Source: Zymomonas mobilis subsp. mobilis ATCC 10988 (GTDB taxonomy: Bacteria > Pseudomonadota > Alphaproteobacteria > Sphingomonadales > Sphingomonadaceae). From it: a stretch of DNA of 32,000 bases. Within the stretch, counting starts at the first letter, position 1. Every line of letters begins with the position of its first letter. Made by a program: the position numbers and the translations under genes. Where the stretch lies: assembly GCF_000175255.2 (NCBI RefSeq), contig NC_017262.1:270001-302000 (forward strand), written 5' to 3'. Shown piece after piece: positions 1 to 9,031 of the stretch. The notes under the pieces are model-generated. The model saw only the letters and a list, made by a program, of their open reading frames with translations, was not told the origin of the DNA and ran no database searches.

Positions 1-392
1 ATTCTCCCTTGCACAAAAGGCCCTCGATCATTCACGCGCACAACCAATCGGCGTCCGGTTTCAAGATTGGTAACCTCGACATAACAAGGAAGCGGTAAGG
101 TTTTATGTGCCGCACTAATGGCATTAGGTGAAAATTTTTCTCCGATAGCCGTTGGATGTCCAGCAAAATCATCTCCATACCACGAGGCATAACCCACTTC
201 GTTATAAGAAGGATCATCCTTGGGGACATAAGTCACGCCGCCGACCGTATAAGGCCGACTGGTTGCCGGACTACGGGGCGCGTGATTATGACTATAGTGA
301 TGTGTTTGAGGGCCTGCACAAGCCGCTACAAACAAAGGTAAAAGAACCGTCCACGGTCGGAAAGAAAAACGAAATTTAGTCTGTGATTGCAT
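1..392 (-). CDS. rlpA: RlpA-family lipoprotein (septal ring lytic transglycosylase RlpA, double-psi beta-barrel domain). This is the N-terminal part; the CDS runs off the left edge.
   Basis: Absent from the supplied ORF track because there is no stop in the window. Manual minus-strand translation from the ATG at 392..390 gives MQSQTKFRFSFRPWTVLLPLFVAAC (lipobox), then GYASWYGDDFAGHPTAIGEKFSPNAISAAHKTLPLPCYVEVTNLETGRRLVVRVNDRGPF. That closely parallels the E. coli RlpA DPBB core. The frame is open for 130 codons down to base 1. The start overlaps the upstream gene's stop by 17 nt. Confidence 0.8.
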   Translation of the reverse strand, partial: MQSQTKFRFSFRPWTVLLPLFVAACAGPQTHHYSHNHAPRSPATSRPYTVGGVTYVPKDDPSYNEVGYASWYGDDFAGHPTAIGEKFSPNAISAAHKTLPLPCYVEVTNLETGRRLVVRVNDRGPFVQGR

Positions 393-1461
393 CAGCCAGT
401 AACCCCACAGATAAAGCATAAAAATTGGAACAGTTATAATCCAGAATAGCGCGATAATTGGCAGAAACCAGCCATGCGGTTGCCCCTGCCCCGTCCGGTT
501 CTATTAAAGCCATCGATTCATTTTCTGAAGGCATATGACTTCCCATAAAAACAAGACCCAGCTTTCGCCATTCGGATACTGGCTGCCAACGACTTAACCT
601 TGCATAAACACGAGGGCATTTTTGGGAAGGCGTTACAGATTGAATAAGGTTTCGGTCAAGGCTGTCTGGCACCTTCACAGCAATCCCCCAAGGGACATTG
701 GGCTGCCAACCGGCCGTTTTTAGATAATTACCAATAGAGGCTAAGGCATCAATTTCACTCGACCAGATATTTTTTTTACCATCATGATCGCCATCAACGG
801 CAACCCGCAAATAAACACTCGGTAAAAATTGCGGAGATCCCGTTGCACCCGCCCAGCTTCCTTTTAAAAGGCTACGATCGATACCGGAATCAAGGATTTT
901 TAGAGCTGCGATATATTCCTGAACAAAAAGATCACGCCGCCGCCCGTCATAAGCCAGAGTTGCAAGAGACCGTAAAAGATCAAAATTCCCCGAAAATTGA
1001 CCATAGCCACTTTCATGACCATAGATTGACAGCATAATCCCTGCGGGAACGCCGGTTTCTTTTTCAATTTCGGCTAAGTTATTTTGTAAAGCCTGATATT
1101 TTTTCCGGCCATTAGCAATTCTTACCGCATCAACATGACTCGCGGCATAGGGCGCAAAGGGCGGTATAACCGCATTAGCCGTTGGTGATTCCGGTTGATT
1201 GCGATCCAGTTGGATAACGCGGGGATTGGGGGTTAAATCCGAAGCAATACGGTCAAAGGTTTGCGGATTGACTCCGCTCGCCAAAGCTTGAGGCCGAATA
1301 GAAGCCAAGAAATTCCGAAAATCTCTATTGGCTTCCTGATTATTGAGATCGGCAGCTGTCTTTTCCTGCATAGGCACAGGCATATCAGATGATGATTGCG
1401 ATAATGCCGGAAACGTCATCCCGCTCAAGAAAATAGCTGTTATCAGGGGGTATAAACGCAT
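376..1461 (-). CDS. Lytic murein transglycosylase, MltB family (periplasmic)
   Basis: 361-aa ORF with an N-terminal signal peptide (MRLYPLITAIFLSGMTFPALSQ). It carries an SLT_2/MltB-type catalytic region (MLSIYGHESGYGQF, GATGSPQFLPS) and the typical C-terminus (YRAILDYNCSNFYALSVGLLAD). ATG start at 1461. Confidence 0.85.
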   Translation of the reverse strand: MRLYPLITAIFLSGMTFPALSQSSSDMPVPMQEKTAADLNNQEANRDFRNFLASIRPQALASGVNPQTFDRIASDLTPNPRVIQLDRNQPESPTANAVIPPFAPYAASHVDAVRIANGRKKYQALQNNLAEIEKETGVPAGIMLSIYGHESGYGQFSGNFDLLRSLATLAYDGRRRDLFVQEYIAALKILDSGIDRSLLKGSWAGATGSPQFLPSVYLRVAVDGDHDGKKNIWSSEIDALASIGNYLKTAGWQPNVPWGIAVKVPDSLDRNLIQSVTPSQKCPRVYARLSRWQPVSEWRKLGLVFMGSHMPSENESMALIEPDGAGATAWLVSANYRAILDYNCSNFYALSVGLLADAITD

Positions 1462-1539
1462 CCTTGCCCAATCCTCATAAAAAAATGATAGAGTATTCTA
1501 TACTATTTTTCAGGAATTGGGATGATAGCAATAAAAGAT

Positions 1540-2559
1540 TTAGCGGTTATGCGGTCTTTCTTTCGCAGCAATTTCGGAAAGAGCCAATAAAGCTGAAGAA
1601 TAATAATCATCCTGATCGGCAATTTTCGCGGTAATGGGTTTATTCATTGCCAGATCAAGAATAGCCATACCTCCTTTTGATAAAGGATAAGGCGCAATAG
1701 CTTGGCTATTCACATCGACCCATGCCGGAACGGGCTGATTATGGGAAAGATAGCTATTCCAATAAATAGCAAAGGGAGCTGCCAAGGCATCTTCTCCCCC
1801 CCAAATCAGATAGAGCGGGATTCTAACGGCATCAAAACCGAAATAAGGTTGCTTGTCGGCGGCGGGTTCAAGATTGCCGTTATTTTTGAAAGCGACCCAA
1901 TCAGTGGGCAACTGTGGCAAACCGAATTTAGCCTTTGCCAATAATTTTTTCCCGCTTTCAATAACATTATGCCAAGCCCCGTTATCAGCCTCATTAAAGG
2001 CTTTTAACGCAGGCCATATATAATAAGAGAAATTCAGAATAACATAATCAGTGCCGGTAAAACCCTGTAAGCCGGGAAGCAGAATGGTTTCACCACCACC
2101 AGAAAGAACCAGCTTCTTACCGATAGATTTTCTAATTGCTTCGGAATCCTGCCCGTAACCGTTCTTTGGCCAACGCTTTTCTGCACGCAATAAAGCCCAT
2201 GCGATCAGAATATCGCCATCCGTCGCATTATTCTGGTCTGATACCGGATTAGATTGGGACGGATCAAAGCGCCATGCAAAAAGTGCCATATCAGGCCGCA
2301 TGAGATGCGTTTTTGTCCACTGCCACAAAGCATCAAAGGTCGCTTTATCATGGGCAGCTTCTGCTTGTATCATGCCATAGCCCTGTCCTTCGCTATGACT
2401 GATATTTCCATTACCGCTATCTGAAATCCGGCCATCTTTAAAAAAGCGACTCTTGAATAATGTCCAATTATCAGCTTCGGCCGCTTTACCCTTCCGACAG
2501 GCTACCAGCAAAGGGACGCTTACCAAAGTGGAAAGGATAAAACGACGACTATAGGTCAT
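1540..2559 (-). CDS. bcsZ: Endo-1,4-beta-glucanase, glycoside hydrolase family 8 (cellulose-synthase-associated cellulase BcsZ/CelA)
   Basis: GH8 signature around SEGQGYGM, with ATDGD and WAL motifs, in a 346-aa track ORF. The track start at 2580 is a TTG. The internal ATG at 2559 gives MTYSRRFILSTLVSVPLLVAC, a signal peptide with a lipobox, and has AAGGGA 9 nt upstream. The gene lies directly downstream of bcsC. Confidence 0.9.
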   Translation of the reverse strand: MTYSRRFILSTLVSVPLLVACRKGKAAEADNWTLFKSRFFKDGRISDSGNGNISHSEGQGYGMIQAEAAHDKATFDALWQWTKTHLMRPDMALFAWRFDPSQSNPVSDQNNATDGDILIAWALLRAEKRWPKNGYGQDSEAIRKSIGKKLVLSGGGETILLPGLQGFTGTDYVILNFSYYIWPALKAFNEADNGAWHNVIESGKKLLAKAKFGLPQLPTDWVAFKNNGNLEPAADKQPYFGFDAVRIPLYLIWGGEDALAAPFAIYWNSYLSHNQPVPAWVDVNSQAIAPYPLSKGGMAILDLAMNKPITAKIADQDDYYSSALLALSEIAAKERPHNR

Positions 2560-2587
2560 GGAGGAGCATCCCTTTTTCAAATTATTG

Positions 2588-2618
2588 ATCGGCCAGAATT
2601 GATATGCTTCTGGCCGAT
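2588..2618 (-). other. 10-bp perfect stem-loop in the bcsC-bcsZ intercistronic spacer
   Basis: ATCGGCCAGA, then an 11-nt loop, then TCTGGCCGAT. On the transcribed (minus) strand it is not followed by a U-run, so it is not a canonical terminator. It could be an mRNA processing or stability element, or an attenuating structure. Confidence 0.3.
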
Positions 2619-2714
2619 TTTAAGGATTACTACCTGTTGGGTAGCTGAATAGAACAAGATTATAGTTTATTTATAATAACAAATCTTTCATAATTAAAGA
2701 AAATAGAGCTTCAA

Positions 2715-5700
2715 TTAATGTTTATCCGTCTTATCAGCATCCATCGCGTAGTGAATAGACAGTAATTCACGATATTCGCTGTAAGGACCAAAGGTCGTTG
2801 CTCGAATTTCGCCACCCAAAACAGCCGAACGACTTAATCTGTAACTGACAGCCAGACGACCTTCATAACCGGCACCACTATGATGCTGGCCTGGGAATTT
2901 ATTCGCCAGACTATTATTCGCGAGATTGAATTTGTTCATCTGGTTTTGCAGATCATGTTCATTCGCGAAAATGTAGTTACTTCTTTCATAGAAGTTCTGA
3001 TAACCAGGGGCTAATTCTGCATTTAATTTCCAGCGTCCCAGCGTTCCGGTATAGCGCAGCGGGAAAGCCACACTGATAAAGTGGTTCGGACTGAAATAAC
3101 CGCCTTGCGCAAAACTAAAGAAATACTGGTTATTCAAATAATGCTGGTAATTGACGTTTACGCCGATGCTAAAATTAGAAGTTGGCGTATTCAGGAGTGA
3201 ATAATAACCACCGACATTGGCTTCAACCGCATGGTTTTTCTGAACTCTGGTTCCGTTATAGACCCGATAGTTACCTTGGGCATAAAGACCGCTGCCATTG
3301 ACGTCGTAGGATAAACCACCACCGCCGCCGGTTTTCATGACGGAACCCCATGTCAACCCCATAACAGGATCGACCGTTCCGGCATAAGCAATCAAGCTGT
3401 CCATGACAGGACGACGTTCCATAAAGATATGGCCAGTCAAATGGTCTATAATTTGCGGTGACCAGCTTACGCCGCCTTGGATATTGGTTTTTCTGAAGCC
3501 AATTGGGGTCGTACCGATATCCAGACGAATATCTTTGATTTTAATACCCGCATCAAGGGCAACACCGGAAGCCGACTGGTCTTTGACCGGAGCGTACATA
3601 GCCTTGCCACCAGCTGCAATACTGGCGTTAGAGACTAATGGGTTACTACCGAAATAAGGCGCAGCATATTGATCCGGCTGGCCTGCGGTCAAATAAACCG
3701 GCGTTACCGAGAAGAAGCCCCTTACCCGACTACCCAGATTAGTGGATACTTTGGCATTGAAAGCATATTCATTTAAACGGCTGAGGCCATTCTGACCGGA
3801 ATGTTGCCTGAATTCAGGTGTGCCTTCTAAAACGGTTCCGGTATTCAAAGAGAGATGGTCAATCCCGTCATTGATATCCCGCAATAACGGATCATGACTA
3901 CCACCATGTAATCGCGCGGCGGCTGGATAGTTAATCGGATCGGCAACTGCAATGCTTGTATAGGAAGGTGCTTCCAACATCGTGCTTTGACCAAACGCAC
4001 TACCAGGTGAGAAAATATTCCAGCTGTCATATTTCCGTTGCTCGGCCATGTCCCGTTTGATTTTTTCCTGACGCTCATCCTCGTCATCGTAATCATTTGA
4101 CAAGTTGCGGTCAGGGAAAACCCGTGTATTCAGGCTATCAAGCCCATTACCAGAAGAACGACTTCCCGTTGTCTGGTTCGGGAAAGGTAAAGCATTTTGG
4201 GTTGAAGTGAAATTATTGGCCAGCAAAGGCTGCGATGTCTGCGTCTTTTTCGATGAAGATGAAGAAACCGTATGAGCCGCTTTACGTCCTTCATTATAAT
4301 CGGTGTTATCTGCAGCTGCCAAACCCTGTCTGCTGCTATAACTATGGCGACTGGCTGATTTTTCTTCGGATCGATTATGGAAGTTTTCTTCATCCGAAGA
4401 CGCAAATAAAGGATGGGACGAAAAACCAGATGGCTGTTTTACCGCAGGTTGCTGGGGTTTTTGATAGCTTGTGCCATTAGCAAAGCGATCGTTATTTCCG
4501 CCAGACGACCGCGCCGAATGATAAGACGATGTTTGTCCAAAACCGTCATCATAATCGTCACGATTATAATGATAGTCATCACGATCTATATCCGCATCGC
4601 TGTCAGACGAGGCCATTTCAACCTGACTGCGGGTCTGTAAACGACGGAAATCCTCTTCATTGAGCGCAAAAGGATTATAATTATCGCGCGGAAGATTGGG
4701 CGCATCGACAACAATCGGGCTATTGTCATCATTAGCGGCATCAGAAGGTAGATCAGCCGAGCGGCCTTGCCGTACCATTCTCTGATAAACGCGATGCGCT
4801 TTTTTCAGGTCTTTTAAGGCCTGCTCATCATCACTTTTAGATTTTTCAAAGCGAGCAGAGGCTAAATAAACATACGGATTACCGGGCGCTACTTTCTTCA
4901 AACGCCGTAAAGCCTGCTCTGCGCGGTCATCATTCCCCTGCTGTTGCGCAATCGTTAAACTGTTCAACAAAGCTGACGCATCTCTTGGATGGTTCCGCAG
5001 CATATAATGGTAGAGCGATTGCGCTTTATCCGTAAGCCCTGCATCCTGATAAATTCTAGCCAAAACCGGCAAAATATTATCGCCGCCACCCGTTTCTTCC
5101 CAAGCCTGATGCAACACATCAAAAGCAGGCATATAGAGTTTTTTCTGGCGCATCATATCAGCACGAGCAATCGCCAAGGTGCGGTTAAGCATCTTATAAC
5201 CATTCTGGTCATGACGAGACATCTCAGATGCAATCTGGCTGATAAAATCGCTGGCTGTATCATAATGGCCGGTTCGGATCAGAACGGACAGGCTGGCTTG
5301 ATAGTCATTCGCCTCACCCAAGGGCAAAGACAAACTATGCTCGGCTAAAAATGCCGCATCTTCGACATCACCCAATTGCAATAAGCCATCGGCAATCATA
5401 CCCAGCTGGGGAATACTACGATTGGGATCATTCGCCAAAGAACGCAACAGACCGATGGCATCACCACGCCGCCCATAAAGGCTCATCCGTTTTGCACGCG
5501 CCAAAGCAATATTGATATCGGCAGATTCAGCAATCTGGTTAATCAAAGGCGTGCGGGCATCATCAGGGATACGTTCAATCAAGCTAATGACATGCCGATT
5601 ATCGCCCATTTCCTGCCAAAACAGACTGGCGGCATAAATCGCTTCTTCAGAAGAGGCCTGATCTTCCAAAGGCCGTATTAAGCTGACTGCTTCTGGGCGA

Positions 5701-6719
5701 TGCCCTTCTTTTAATAACAGTCGAGCATAATCAAGACGCAACCATGGATTGGCAATATCATTGGCAATAGCTGTCCTGAAATACTGCTCTGCATGGGCAT
5801 AATCACCTTGGGATAAGGCGCGCCGTGCTTTGATGCTGTTTTCTTGGCTCCGTAAACGGGCAACTGTCACGGCATCGGCAGAATTACCTAATTTATCATA
5901 AAGCGCCATTGCCTTGTCGAATTGTCCCTGACGCGCATAGATATCAGCCAACAGAGCATTAGAAACATTCGCATCGCCGCCCTGCTGATTTTGTAATTGC
6001 TCTAAAATGGACTGGGCTTTGTCAAGCTGGTTTGCTCGGCTAGCCGCTTGGGCTTCCTCAAAACGCCCATAGAAACGCGCCGAAGACAAGGCATTCGCCC
6101 AGTGATACCCTTCCTTATCAGAAGAGGCTTCTTCCAAATAACGGATGGCTTCAGCATAACGATGTTGTTTTAAGCGAATAATACCCAAGCCACCCAAGGC
6201 ATCCTTGTCATGAGCATAAAGCGCTAAAGCCCGTCTAAAACGCTGTTCGGCAATATCAAGCTGATTATTTTTAAACGCATTAAAGCCTTCAAGCCGGATG
6301 CATCCGGCTCGTGCAGAAGGCGTTAACCCCGTCGGAAAAGAACGGCCACCCTGCCCAGTCACAATTTTGGTTGGAGCATTATTGGGACTGTTGTCGCTTT
6401 CAGGGGCTGCCGGAACGAAGGTTGATTCCTGCAAGGCCTGTTTGGCCATTTTATTATTAGGGTCAATTTCGAGCAATCTCTGCCACGCATTGGCGGCAAG
6501 ATCATTCCGGCCTCTATTTTTCCAGAAAATCGCCTGATGACGCAATAACTGGATCGCACTACCACTGCCTGCGGTTGCCCCCGTTTGGGTCGCGCCCGTT
6601 TTATTATCCGGCGTTGGGTTCTTGCTGACACTGGCTGGCAAGGGATCCACAGCCAAGGATCCCAGCATCATGGCACCAGCCAGAGAGGAAGCGAGAGTAA
6701 TGCCTGTTATGCGTTTCAT
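2715..6719 (-). CDS. bcsC: Cellulose synthase operon protein C: TPR-repeat periplasmic scaffold plus C-terminal outer-membrane beta-barrel
   Basis: 1334-aa ORF with a signal peptide and many TPR-like repeats (aa ~60-640). The C-terminal ~430 aa are rich in alternating aromatic/Gly beta-strand patterns typical of the BcsC barrel. Its ATG overlaps the bcsB stop by 4 nt. Confidence 0.92.
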   Translation of the reverse strand: MKRITGITLASSLAGAMMLGSLAVDPLPASVSKNPTPDNKTGATQTGATAGSGSAIQLLRHQAIFWKNRGRNDLAANAWQRLLEIDPNNKMAKQALQESTFVPAAPESDNSPNNAPTKIVTGQGGRSFPTGLTPSARAGCIRLEGFNAFKNNQLDIAEQRFRRALALYAHDKDALGGLGIIRLKQHRYAEAIRYLEEASSDKEGYHWANALSSARFYGRFEEAQAASRANQLDKAQSILEQLQNQQGGDANVSNALLADIYARQGQFDKAMALYDKLGNSADAVTVARLRSQENSIKARRALSQGDYAHAEQYFRTAIANDIANPWLRLDYARLLLKEGHRPEAVSLIRPLEDQASSEEAIYAASLFWQEMGDNRHVISLIERIPDDARTPLINQIAESADINIALARAKRMSLYGRRGDAIGLLRSLANDPNRSIPQLGMIADGLLQLGDVEDAAFLAEHSLSLPLGEANDYQASLSVLIRTGHYDTASDFISQIASEMSRHDQNGYKMLNRTLAIARADMMRQKKLYMPAFDVLHQAWEETGGGDNILPVLARIYQDAGLTDKAQSLYHYMLRNHPRDASALLNSLTIAQQQGNDDRAEQALRRLKKVAPGNPYVYLASARFEKSKSDDEQALKDLKKAHRVYQRMVRQGRSADLPSDAANDDNSPIVVDAPNLPRDNYNPFALNEEDFRRLQTRSQVEMASSDSDADIDRDDYHYNRDDYDDGFGQTSSYHSARSSGGNNDRFANGTSYQKPQQPAVKQPSGFSSHPLFASSDEENFHNRSEEKSASRHSYSSRQGLAAADNTDYNEGRKAAHTVSSSSSKKTQTSQPLLANNFTSTQNALPFPNQTTGSRSSGNGLDSLNTRVFPDRNLSNDYDDEDERQEKIKRDMAEQRKYDSWNIFSPGSAFGQSTMLEAPSYTSIAVADPINYPAAARLHGGSHDPLLRDINDGIDHLSLNTGTVLEGTPEFRQHSGQNGLSRLNEYAFNAKVSTNLGSRVRGFFSVTPVYLTAGQPDQYAAPYFGSNPLVSNASIAAGGKAMYAPVKDQSASGVALDAGIKIKDIRLDIGTTPIGFRKTNIQGGVSWSPQIIDHLTGHIFMERRPVMDSLIAYAGTVDPVMGLTWGSVMKTGGGGGLSYDVNGSGLYAQGNYRVYNGTRVQKNHAVEANVGGYYSLLNTPTSNFSIGVNVNYQHYLNNQYFFSFAQGGYFSPNHFISVAFPLRYTGTLGRWKLNAELAPGYQNFYERSNYIFANEHDLQNQMNKFNLANNSLANKFPGQHHSGAGYEGRLAVSYRLSRSAVLGGEIRATTFGPYSEYRELLSIHYAMDADKTDKH

Positions 6720-9031
6720 TCTTCGGACTCATCGTTTTCTGAAACCTCCGTCGTGGAGGCATGCTTAAGCCGGCGTTTTTGCTGAATTCTAAGAAGGGTT
6801 CCGATCGGAACAGCCAGCAGAAGCGCGACGCATAACGTTAACACAATCATTACTAACGGATGGTTACTAATCCAGTAACCAATCCATAACCAAAATGGAA
6901 CAGAACCGCGCCAATATAATGATCCGACCTGAAAACTCCGTATTCCGTTAATGGTATTCAGGGCGAGATCGCCTTTTATTTGTCCATCATTTTGTTTTTT
7001 ATCAAAGGCCTGAACAAAATCCGGTAATTTATTCTGGTCTAGCGCAAGTAAAGCGACCGCATCATGACTTTGGTCAAAGGGCGAACGCCATGCCATCAAA
7101 CCTTCAAATTCAGGTGAAGAAATCGTCGCAGCGACATCCTGATCGGGATAGGTCGGGACATCAGGGCTGGTCATATGAAGGAAACTAGAAAAACGACTGG
7201 ATAACAGCCGTTCTTTCAAAGTCATATGCTGGCCATTCCACCGAACTGGAGCATTCTCCAAAAGATTATTTTCAGCCAAAGCGGGGCCACCAATAATTAA
7301 AACATCCCGTCCTTTGAGACGATCAGGATTAACACCTTCTTGAACTGCGACACGGGTAACGGCGGCACCGGTAGAACTACCAAAACGTGCCATTAAACCG
7401 AGATAAGCCTGAATAGCGCCTGCTGTTGGGTGATCTTCCATCAAGACGGTGGTTTCACCTAAATCTGCTAGTTTGGTGAACGGATATCCCGCACCGGCAA
7501 ATAATCCCAAATCAGGTAAACGTGCCAAATGATGGGCATGCATCAGGTTAATACTGCTGTCGGGGTCGATAGATGAACGGACGTTATTCGGCAAAACAGC
7601 CTGACAACGCCCCTTATCGGCTAACTGCAAATCATAGAAAAAGCTAAGATAGTTGTTTGGCGCAATAGTATAGGCTGGGATGGTGCGGCTTCCGTGATTG
7701 CGGATACCGACGGCTCCATCACGTCCTAATAATCTATCTATCCATGTTTTTTCGCCAATCGGCAAAGTCGAAACATATTGCGAGTTAAGCGATATATCTA
7801 AACGCGAACGTTTTCTATCGAGCCAACTTCCATAAGGATAGCGATAATTCACTTTCATTCTGGGACCCGAATAAGGCCAGAAGAAAAGATCAGGGGCTGA
7901 TTTAAAGTTCACTTCCAAAGGCCCCGGCATAATACTGTTACCGATCAGGTCTTGGGGAGAATGAACTAATTCCGAAAGTTTCACAGGCCGATCGGTTCTA
8001 ATCCATTTCGGCGCCTCATAAGGCTTGTAGCTCGGAATTTTAACGTCATCGACGACAACCCGCTGCCCTTCCAAAGAAGCGCTTCTGGTAGCTAGAACCG
8101 CCGCCGCTTGTTTTAATTCCTCACCATTCCGTCCCATGACAACAAGAAGCTGTCCCGTGGCATCATTGGGGTTTTTAACAATCGCAATCGTTGGGCCCGT
8201 AATATGGTCGTCGCCCAATTCAGCGATCGAATTGCGACCTGTTGTGAAAACAATCGCATTTCCAGCAGGAATACCATCTGTCACAGGCGTGAAAGCGGCA
8301 CCTTTAAATCCACGAGAACTCCCAATCCATGAAGAGACAAAGCCCGCAGCTTCCAACATATCTTCATTGGGTGCTGAACGGAAAACAAAAGGCAGATTAA
8401 GGCGTTTTGTATCAAATCTGTCAAAGAAAGGCGCAGGCAAACGTTCCAGATCAGCCTGAACCGGCGTTTTGACCATCTCCAGATCGAGGAAAGACCGTTT
8501 ATTGGAAATATTCATCCATAGCGAGCTATGCACTGGATCTTCGCAATCGCGGGTATAATGGCCAATAAAACGAAGATTGATACGATTTTCGCCCGGCAGG
8601 AAGATAGCCGGATCAACCGGAAGAACAATTTCCAAACCATTCGCATTTTCACGCAACAGCGGCACCGATCGAATAACTTCGTTATTCACCAAGACCACAA
8701 GATGGCTAAGATCACTTAACAAAGCCGGAGAATACGTAACGTTAAGGCGCAGACTGGCTTTGGCGACAGTTTCGTCATTTTTCAGGCCGAAGGGAATCCC
8801 CATTTCACCGATGACGCCCACCAGATGGATCGTCTGACCGATTCCCATACTTTCAAAAGAGAGATGCCCTTGATGCGCTGTTGCTGGAACAATGCTATCT
8901 AATGCCGCATCGGATGTATTAACAACGCGCTTGGTTTTGACCGCTGCCGCACCGGCACTCTGGTCATAAGAAACGCCTGATAATGTGAGCAACATCAGAC
9001 TGGCTACGGTTGCTTTTTTGGCTTTTGTCAT
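6716..9031 (-). CDS. bcsB: Cellulose synthase regulatory (cyclic di-GMP-binding) subunit BcsB
   Basis: 771 aa with a signal peptide, a large periplasmic region, and a single C-terminal TM anchor (WLWIGYWISNHPLVMIVLTLCVALLLAVPIG). It sits between bcsA and bcsC, with ATGA overlaps at both ends. Confidence 0.92.
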   Translation of the reverse strand: MTKAKKATVASLMLLTLSGVSYDQSAGAAAVKTKRVVNTSDAALDSIVPATAHQGHLSFESMGIGQTIHLVGVIGEMGIPFGLKNDETVAKASLRLNVTYSPALLSDLSHLVVLVNNEVIRSVPLLRENANGLEIVLPVDPAIFLPGENRINLRFIGHYTRDCEDPVHSSLWMNISNKRSFLDLEMVKTPVQADLERLPAPFFDRFDTKRLNLPFVFRSAPNEDMLEAAGFVSSWIGSSRGFKGAAFTPVTDGIPAGNAIVFTTGRNSIAELGDDHITGPTIAIVKNPNDATGQLLVVMGRNGEELKQAAAVLATRSASLEGQRVVVDDVKIPSYKPYEAPKWIRTDRPVKLSELVHSPQDLIGNSIMPGPLEVNFKSAPDLFFWPYSGPRMKVNYRYPYGSWLDRKRSRLDISLNSQYVSTLPIGEKTWIDRLLGRDGAVGIRNHGSRTIPAYTIAPNNYLSFFYDLQLADKGRCQAVLPNNVRSSIDPDSSINLMHAHHLARLPDLGLFAGAGYPFTKLADLGETTVLMEDHPTAGAIQAYLGLMARFGSSTGAAVTRVAVQEGVNPDRLKGRDVLIIGGPALAENNLLENAPVRWNGQHMTLKERLLSSRFSSFLHMTSPDVPTYPDQDVAATISSPEFEGLMAWRSPFDQSHDAVALLALDQNKLPDFVQAFDKKQNDGQIKGDLALNTINGIRSFQVGSLYWRGSVPFWLWIGYWISNHPLVMIVLTLCVALLLAVPIGTLLRIQQKRRLKHASTTEVSENDESEE

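Noticed and set aside
32-379. Track ORFs 32..229(-), 152..379(+) and 156..341(+)
   Set aside because: All overlap the convincing rlpA reading frame. Their translations show no recognisable motifs, and 32..229 is simply rlpA read one base out of frame.
3403-6631. Multiple 75-119-aa ORFs inside or antisense to bcsC (for example 4989..5348+ and 6359..6631-). Similar ones occur inside bcsB, bcsA, ffh, mtaB, ftsY, cca and parC.
   Set aside because: They are fully embedded in long, well-supported genes. They have odd composition, no motifs, no SD sequences checked, and no independent support. They are typical shadow ORFs.
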